Source: Diplonema japonicum (Eukaryota > Protista > Euglenozoa: Diplonemea). From it: a stretch of DNA of 64,000 nucleotides. The notes beneath the pieces are model-generated. The model worked only from the letters and a program-made list of their open reading frames with translations. It was not told where the DNA came from and made no database searches. The stretch covers positions 62,001 to 126,000 of the forward strand of contig OZ025674.1 in assembly GCA_964019335.1 (NCBI GenBank), given 5' to 3'. The translations under genes and the position numbers were made by a program. Of this stretch, positions 56,797 to 64,000 are shown piece after piece (the first letter of the stretch is position 1; each line of letters opens with the position of its first letter).

Positions 56797-57507
56797 ATGG
56801 CACTCACAAAAGAAGCTATCGAAAATCTCACAGAAGCAGTGAAACATGTACAACAAGCATCTGAAGAGGGCATACTGTACGCAATGATGAGTGTCCCCGG
56901 GATGGGGAGCCCTGGGTATGGTGTGACGGTGATGAAGAAAGGGAGAGTGGCCGAGGGAGAGGGCATGGAAGGTGCAGGGCAGCCTTGCGACCGTGAGTGG
57001 CTTCTCAACAAAGACGTGCTGAAGGCGTGCGGGCAGTACATGGACGTGTACTCCCTGGCAAGGGCGAGGGGTGTGTGCAGGGAGTTCTACCACGACTTCC
57101 AGCCGCAAGCAGGACACAAGCCTTTCTATGTCGCGACGGTGGATGCATGCCTGCGTGATGTGTACGGCTTGGGGGCACCATCTTTGAGTGTGATGGCACT
57201 TGCGGGGCGCACGGCAAGCAGCAGGAGGTACATTATTACGACGTACTCTTCGCCAACTCACAACCCACTGCAGAAGATGTACTTTGTTTCCTCAGCACCG
57301 GGTGTTGTTAGGGAACTGCGTGCCGCCATCGCGTCTTGCGACCCCACTGCGCCCATCTGCACCATAGCAATCGACAACCTCCCCATAGACACTGCCCGTG
57401 GAAAGCTGGCCCGCGCAGCCTACGATAACCATGCCCTCGACCGCTTCTGGGACTGGTGTCACCCAGACCTTCATGATCAATACAAGCCCACTTTGTCCAT
57501 CTGCTAA
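56797..57507 (+). CDS. Hypothetical protein with internal F-box-like motif
   Basis: LNKDVLKACGQYMDVYSLARARGVCREF fits the F-box pattern; intact ORF. Confidence 0.6.
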   Translation: MALTKEAIENLTEAVKHVQQASEEGILYAMMSVPGMGSPGYGVTVMKKGRVAEGEGMEGAGQPCDREWLLNKDVLKACGQYMDVYSLARARGVCREFYHDFQPQAGHKPFYVATVDACLRDVYGLGAPSLSVMALAGRTASSRRYIITTYSSPTHNPLQKMYFVSSAPGVVRELRAAIASCDPTAPICTIAIDNLPIDTARGKLARAAYDNHALDRFWDWCHPDLHDQYKPTLSIC

Positions 57508-57714
57508 GAGCGACACTTCGATTTCTTTTTCACCCTAGCTACCCCACGCAGCACTTCTGCTGTCGTCGTCTTTTTTTTGACGGATAGGTTCTCCTTTCTT
57601 GGTTCTAGTTTGATTTTTGACATGTGCAAGGTTGTGATTTTACAGCCTTCGCCAATAACTTTAGCTTCTCACATACCGTGCCCCCTCTCTCTTCTCTCAT
57701 CATTTCCCTACAGG

Positions 57715-59016
57715 ATGACAGGTAAAATAGAGATAGTAAGCCCGCCAGCAGTGCTGGTGCGGAGGCTGAAGACTGTGAGGAGGAAGCGGAAACGAAAGGA
57801 GGACAAGAAGGAGGACAATGAGCCGAAGAAGCCAGCTGCACATGACATGATGCAAGTCTTCGAGGCGGCTTTCAAGCTGACGAAGCGAGACGTGCTGGAA
57901 GAAGTGAAGAAGAGGCGACAAGAGGCAACGCAGGAGGACATTGACGACATCATTGTGTACATAGAAAAGGCACTGCAAAATGGGGAAGTCACAGGGGCGG
58001 AGAATCTAGAGAAGGCGGTATCGTTTCTAGGACTGCTGTACGTGCAGGAGGAGGACTTCGCAGGCGCAAGAGACTTGCTCACAGACCACGGCTACCGGTA
58101 CCGGCTGTCTACCAACATTCTGAGGTACCCCATCCCTGCTGGAAAGGGTGAGGTCACACCTTTCTCGCGCAAGTACGTCACTGCTTACGACAACGCACTC
58201 CCTGACAGTCTTTATAAAGTAGTTAAAGAAGGATTCAGCGCTAGGTCGCCGTTTTGGTCGGAACATAGTTATCGTGTGGGCATCACGCCTTACTTCTCGT
58301 ACAGGCATGACCTGCACGGCAAGCCCGTGACAGCGATGGATCAGGTGGTTCGCAGAGTCGCCGAGATCATGATGAAAGACATCCCCGGTGCAGCTGACGC
58401 GAAGTACGCCGAGTGGTGGGCACACTGCAGACCCCACACAGATGGGCACCAGCTGCACTACGACGCTGACAATGAGGGCAAGGGCGGTGTACGGAACCCT
58501 CTTGCAAACTGCATCATTTTTCTATCTACCGAAGGCGGTGGTCCCACTCTCATCACCACACAGAAGCATGGTGACAAGGAGCTTTCACAAGAAGGCTGGT
58601 TCATGTACCCCAAAGAGAACCGTATTGTGGCCTACCCTGCTAACATCCTCCACGGTGTCATCCCTGGCAGGGGGCCCATCCCCGATCCCTCCATCAGGCG
58701 CATCACCCTGATGGTGGCACTGTGGGGGGACACCGGCTGCACGCTCCGCCCTAGCGCCACTCCCGATGCCTCGCGTCCCTTCCCAGCCCCCCAAGACGGC
58801 GCATGGATCACACGCCCTGACAAAACCCCGTACACGTGGCCCTCGAAGTTTCCTATCACAAAGCTCTCGAAGCAAGACAAGCTCACTCCCGTCCCGCCTG
58901 TCCCTGTCAATGGACTGTGGGAGGACGTGTGCTTAGACGACAATAAACGTGCAAAGACAAATCTCGCCAGGCTGAAGGCGATGCCCCACTACGACCTCTG
59001 CTTCCAGGGGTTCTGA
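57715..59016 (+). CDS. 2OG-Fe(II) oxygenase superfamily protein
   Basis: EWWAH...HQLHYD (HxD), GGPTL, PKENR, LHGVIPG and RITLMV; ATG directly follows a pyrimidine tract plus CAG. Confidence 0.8.
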   Translation: MTGKIEIVSPPAVLVRRLKTVRRKRKRKEDKKEDNEPKKPAAHDMMQVFEAAFKLTKRDVLEEVKKRRQEATQEDIDDIIVYIEKALQNGEVTGAENLEKAVSFLGLLYVQEEDFAGARDLLTDHGYRYRLSTNILRYPIPAGKGEVTPFSRKYVTAYDNALPDSLYKVVKEGFSARSPFWSEHSYRVGITPYFSYRHDLHGKPVTAMDQVVRRVAEIMMKDIPGAADAKYAEWWAHCRPHTDGHQLHYDADNEGKGGVRNPLANCIIFLSTEGGGPTLITTQKHGDKELSQEGWFMYPKENRIVAYPANILHGVIPGRGPIPDPSIRRITLMVALWGDTGCTLRPSATPDASRPFPAPQDGAWITRPDKTPYTWPSKFPITKLSKQDKLTPVPPVPVNGLWEDVCLDDNKRAKTNLARLKAMPHYDLCFQGF

Positions 59017-59091
59017 TCATGGCATTGGATCAACTATTTTCTTGTCTTACACTTAAATGACCACACAGGCGGGTAATATTTATTACGTAAA

Positions 59092-60399
59092 ATGGTGTGC
59101 GGCAGCTTGATCGTGGACTCGCAGGACAGGTGGTGCGAGCTGCACGGCAACCAACTGAGGATCTTCAAGGATAGGCCTGACGTCGTGCTGCAGGTCCCAA
59201 AGGGCGGGATCATGGAGGTGAGTGATAGGAGTTGGGTGTTGGACGGGTGCACATTTAACGCGAAGTGCATAAGCGACAAGAAATACTGGGTGGAATGCCT
59301 AGAGAGGGCTTGCAGTGACGAGATGGAAGAGCTTCGTGCGCGTGAGATAGTGGTGGAGAAAAAGGAGGTAGCGCTCATGTGGAGGGAACACTCGATGCAA
59401 GTGTCGGAAAACACGACCTTCCGCAGAGGTGGTAGCTCCACACCCTCGTGGGGTATATCGACTGAAGGGCACTCCAGGGGCCCCTCGCCATCACTGTCGC
59501 CGCAGAACAGGCGCACTGCAAAGGAGGTGGAACTCCAGGGCCAAGTGACAGAACTCGAGGCTAAGGTCGATGAGTTGAAGAAATGGATTGCAAGCGTGCA
59601 AGAGTCTCCCCAGAGGGTTGCACCGCAGACAGAGGGTGTCCTTCCCTTTGCTGCCACCGACATCCAGTCGGGCATCGAAGTGCTCGACTCCCCATCGCCC
59701 GTAAAGGCAGTCCCAACGCTCCTGTCGCAGCCTGTGACCCCTGTCAAGGGAAAGCTAACACCGCGCACTCCGAGGAAGGGGCTGGTGAAGACACCAAAGA
59801 CGGGGAAGGCTCTCGGACGCGTGACGCTTGAGGTGCCGGGGAAGGTGGTCACACTGACGCCTGACAAACTGACTGGCGTCATCGCACTGCACGTGAACGA
59901 TGAGCACCTTGGTGGCCTGACATGGCTGGGGTACGACAGCCAAAGGAGGTGGCTGACCACAGGGACGGGGTCCACACGGGCAGGAGTAGCAGTGCCCGAT
60001 GGAGCTGAAGGGAAAATCGTTCTGAAGAAGCTGTCAACAATGGCAGACGCCATGGGTGTGGAACACAATCTCCCGTCGAGCAAGCTGTCCATCGGGGACG
60101 AGGTGCAGACCGTGAAGTTTTTGAAGTTTCCCAGCGGGAGGCAGATCCCAATGGGAACAAAGGCAAAGGTGGTGCACATCACCAAGACGGGGCAGGTTCG
60201 TGTGAAGACTGGAAACGGAGATCTCTTCACCACGGCAACCACCACCTTGGAGTCTGCTGGCAGCAGTACGCAGGCACCCCGAGACAGCAAGATTGCTGCT
60301 TACATCGCCGCCAACCTCACCGATGACAAGCAACAGGAACTCCGCACACTTGACAGCGAGCTAGACACAATCATGCAGCTTACTGAAGAGCTCATGTAG
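59092..60399 (+). CDS. PH-domain protein with coiled coil
   Basis: CGSL...DRWCELHGNQLRIFK...FNAKC..DKKYWVECLE PH pattern, followed by a heptad-rich segment. Confidence 0.7.
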   Translation: MVCGSLIVDSQDRWCELHGNQLRIFKDRPDVVLQVPKGGIMEVSDRSWVLDGCTFNAKCISDKKYWVECLERACSDEMEELRAREIVVEKKEVALMWREHSMQVSENTTFRRGGSSTPSWGISTEGHSRGPSPSLSPQNRRTAKEVELQGQVTELEAKVDELKKWIASVQESPQRVAPQTEGVLPFAATDIQSGIEVLDSPSPVKAVPTLLSQPVTPVKGKLTPRTPRKGLVKTPKTGKALGRVTLEVPGKVVTLTPDKLTGVIALHVNDEHLGGLTWLGYDSQRRWLTTGTGSTRAGVAVPDGAEGKIVLKKLSTMADAMGVEHNLPSSKLSIGDEVQTVKFLKFPSGRQIPMGTKAKVVHITKTGQVRVKTGNGDLFTTATTTLESAGSSTQAPRDSKIAAYIAANLTDDKQQELRTLDSELDTIMQLTEELM

Positions 60400-60899
60400 C
60401 CCACGCACCGCATCCAGAATCCAGAACACGTCACTTCTCGTCCTCGTTCAGTCTGTATAAGTTTGACGTTCCCCACCCCTTTTTTGTTCTCGTTCTTTGG
60501 ATACGATGTGTTAGATTTTTTTTTAAAAAAACTTTTTTTTTTTTTTTTTTTGCTGCTTTTTCTTTTTGTCATATTCCCGCATTCTCCCTCCCCCTTCTGT
60601 TCCGTCTTGTTGTCCAGGAGAACTCCTTTTTCTTACCCCCTTTTTTTTTCTTCCTTTTTTTCATTTTTTTTTCTCCTTTCTTTCTTTCAAAGCGGAAGCC
60701 CTAATGCATGCCGCTTGGAACCTCCTCCCCCCTCACACCCCCTTTTTTTTTATTTTTAGATAACCTTTTTTCTTTCTTTCTTTCTTTTTTTTTTTTATAG
60801 ATATGCCTTTAGCTAATTGTATACCCTTGCTTTTACGGTGTGTAAAGTAACGTAAACGGATATTACAGAAGGGGGGGACGAGAAAAGGAAGGCTCCAAG

Positions 60900-63317
60900 A
60901 TGGACGCGGTACCTGCTGTGGGTTCGATTGTGGAGGCGACGGAGTTGGTGATGCAGTCCGATCTAAACGGGCTGAAGGGCGAAGTGGTGGCACACCAAGA
61001 AGAGTGCGCTGTAGTAAACATAGATGGAAAGCTGAAAGCACTGAAACCGAAGAATTTGAAACTGGTGACACCCGCGTTCAGTGCGGGTATGATGCTGCAA
61101 GCACATGGCCTCAAACAGCGAGGCGAGCTCAACGGCAAGGTAGGGAAGGTCATCAACGTCCAATTTTCCGACGGCTCCACATCGTACACAGTGGAATTCC
61201 CCAGCCACGGTGTTATTATAATAAAAGCTTCCAACGCATGCCTCCCTACAGAGCTCCCTGCCGCGGATTTCCCGCCCGGCACTTCTGTCGAGGCGCACAG
61301 CCTCACATCTGAAGTCTCCCTCAACGGTAAGGTGGGAGTCATTCTCTCCCATCAAACGGACAACCAGATGAAAGGCCTCCTCATGGTTCAGTTCCCCGCA
61401 CCTCACGGCACTATGCTCCTCAAGCCCACCAACCTTAAAAAAGCGCAATGCGCAACCGCAGACTTCCCTGTCGGCGCTGAAGTCGAGGCCCGCGGCCTGC
61501 AATCCAAAACCGTTATCAACGGCTGCTGCGGGACCGTGGCGGGACACCGCCAAGGCCCTGACGGCACCACGCAGGTCATCGTCAAGTTTCCTGTCCACGG
61601 CACCATGGCATTGATGCCCGTGAATATTAAGAAGACCACAGACAGTTCCCTCCAAAGCCTGCCCACCGTGCAGGCCGAAAATGTGGCTTCCCTGCACCCT
61701 GTCAACTCGAGGGTCATGGCACACTCCCTGCAACAGCAGAAGTCGCTGAACAACGTGACAGGCCTCGTGGTCGGGCACCAGCAGGAAACCGGCCATGTGA
61801 TGGTACAGTTCCCCCCCGAGCATGGCACGCACGCACTGCTCACAAAGAACCTCTCCAAGGCTACCACTGCACCTGCCCCGACACCCTCCGCCCCTACGGC
61901 CACCCACGACCCTGTCATCGCAAGCGCGCTAAAGTCCATCCGCCCCCCTCCCCTCCCTGAAGTGGCTTGCGAAGGTTGGCTAAACAAGAAGACACCTGCT
62001 ATGGGGCGTGACTACGACCGCAGGTGGTTCTCCTTAAGGGGGCAGGTTCTCGTTTACTACGAGGAGAAGGGCCGCATCAGCCTGTCGCCCGCCCACGAGT
62101 GCGCAGCGTCAGGGGAGAGCTTCATTCTCGCGGGGCCGGGGATGAGCAGGAAGTTCGAATTGAAGGTATGGACCAGTGCAAAGCCTGTAATACTACTTTC
62201 AGGCCGACAAACCGGAACAAAAAGATAAATGGATTGCCGCTCTGAAGAGCGCATCAAAGGCAGCGAGTGGCGCACAGGTATTCAAGATGGACACCACACC
62301 ACACCACACCACACCACAGACGCTGCATTCACTTGAGACACTGGAAACAGCGGGGAGATACCAAGTGCAGTGCAACTGGCTAGCAGAGTATCCCAAGATC
62401 GGTGCCAAAGAGTACGTGATGGCTGTTGGGAGCAACGGAGTGGCGAATGGTAACCACAGCCCCCCTGCCCCTGTGCAGAATGCAAACAACGAGGAAGTAC
62501 AAAGATTGATGGAGCAGATGCAAGAGTCGCAGAAGAGATACGAGGAGGAAAAGGTATCCAATTGCAGGACATACCACACCACACCACACCACACCACACC
62601 ACACCACAGGAGTCGATGCAGGCGATGCTCACGCGTCTGAACGAGGAGCTGAACGAGGCGAGGATGCAGGTGGCAGCAGCTTCGGAGCAGACGACGCAGG
62701 TGAACGGTGAAGAAGAACGACAGGAGCTGGAGAAGGCACTGAGCGAAGCGAGGAACGAGTCTGCAGGGTTGGGGAAGAATTTGAGTGTTGCAACAGAGGA
62801 GAACACCAGCCTGAAAGCGGAGGTGGAAAGGATGAAGCAAGAGATGGCAGAGATGGCAGCAAAGGTCAACGAACAAGAACAAAAGCTGCAGGAGAACAGC
62901 AGGCTGAACGAGGAGGTTGTTGCTGCGCCTGAACCTGCGGCGGAGGCCGTTGCTGCACCTGTGGTGGAAGCCGTGCCTGAACCAGCTCCAGTGCCCGTAG
63001 CAGAAACTGTTGCGCCTGTTGCCGCGCCTGCCCCAGAACCTGTGCAAGTAGCTGCCCCAGAACCTGTACAAGTGGCTGCCCCAGAACCTGTACAAATCAT
63101 CCCGTTGCAGGACGAGCCCAAGGACAGCACAGACACCCCTCACCACCCGCAGTCGACGTGTGAGGAGCCCCCTAGACCTGTTACCCCTCCTGAGGCTATC
63201 CCCCCTGTTCCTGCTATTTCAGAGCCCGCCCCTGCGGCCGCTGAACCTGTCCCTGTCCCTGTCCCTGCCCCTGCTGTCACCACAGACGGCAGCTCTGCAT
63301 TCCTTCTTGCGGACTAA
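60900..63317 (+). CDS. Protein with five tandem SH3-like barrel repeats, PH domain, coiled coil and Pro/Ala tail (introns 62166-62202, 62278-62319, 62554-62609)
   Basis: Five copies of G..VEA..L.....LNG..G.V..H...V.F....G...LKP.NL; EGWLNKK...RRWFSL...L.YYE...FELK|ADKPEQKDKWIAALK, where the PH helix is completed only after splicing. Confidence 0.85.
62291..62609 (+). repeat. Two (ACACC)n microsatellites (62291-62319 and about 62573-62609) forming intron 3' ends
   Basis: Seen directly; both end in CACAG. Confidence 0.9.
63030..63095 (+). repeat. Coding 24-bp tandem repeat (APEPVQVA, about 3 copies)
   Basis: gccccagaacctgtRcaagtRgct is repeated. Confidence 0.85.
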
Positions 63318-63948
63318 GGGTTGTCTGACCAAAACAAAACAAAAAGAAATTAATTTTCGTGGGTCTGTAGCTCATACTTCTCTCCAATCATAGTGAATTA
63401 GTGAATCTTATTTCCCCCTACTGGCCGTGCATGGCATCTGTGTGCAGTGATTCAGTTATCCGCTACTTCGTAAATCACCCATTCATCCCTCACGCTAAAG
63501 AACGTATTTTCACCCCTATACCCCCGGAGGGTTCTCTGTAAGGGAAAGAAACGAAAAGAAGAAGAAGAAAAAAAATAGCTGTTTATAACCAACAAATAAT
63601 GAGGCATAGTTAAATAATAATGACTCATTTGGTAGTCAGTTAAGTAGCTTTATTCACTCTTCGTCATCGAGTCACTCACTGCTGCCGCTTTCAAGACGGG
63701 TCAGCTTTCCCCCCGGGGGGCAGGCAATCGGCTTTATTTGATATTTGTTGAACTTTGTGAGTGAAAGAAAATGACGAAGGGTGCAAGAAAAAAAAAGGAG
63801 GCGAAAGAAAAGAGGGAAGAAGAAGAAAAAAAAAAAAAAGAACAAGGGAAAAAGAAAAAAGAAAAGAGAGAAAAAAAAAAAAAAAAAAAAGCCGATACCC
63901 TGCTCGCTATCAGGCTGTAAGTTTTGGGGAAAACGGGTGGTTTTTTTT

Positions 63949-63985
<37 letters not shown>

Positions 63986-64000
63986 TCTTACAACTTCCAC

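Noticed and set aside
62291-63095. Short repeats resembling a CRISPR array or telomeric tract
   Set aside because: Simple tandem repeats without unique spacers, not TTAGGG, and in a eukaryotic intron/CDS context.

Overview
Eukaryotic nuclear DNA, most likely from a euglenozoan protist (diplonemid-like; this is an inference from kinetoplastid-type SUMO, EF-hand and RSP4/6 sequences, a unidirectional gene array and the presence of cis-introns). About 29 protein genes lie on the + strand with no opposing gene. Eight of them are split by 18 tiny (29-59 nt) GT-AG introns with A/C-rich 3' ends, which the ORF track misses. Compact blocks with 40-300 nt spacers alternate with homopolymer-saturated spacers. 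Recognisable genes include a GSKIP-domain protein, radial spoke head RSP4/6, enkurin, Rab6, a non-specific phospholipase C, an ALDH-like enzyme, a Plus3 protein, a NOXRED1-like protein and a 2OG-Fe(II) oxygenase. The top finding is a bPAC-like blue-light receptor: its BLUF photosensor is intact, its adenylyl-cyclase domain has lost the catalytic residues, and it has a spliced-on C-terminal EF-hand module. Also notable are a chimeric BIR/SUMO/zinc-finger protein and a 68-aa minimal Voa1/Ac45-like protein. Three mobile elements are present: an internally deleted piggyBac with TTAT target duplication 7 nt from a start codon, a 393-bp MITE with perfect 25-bp TIRs, and an inverted-repeat-bounded tyrosine-recombinase-like relic. 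All family assignments are by-eye motif recognition; no database searches were run.
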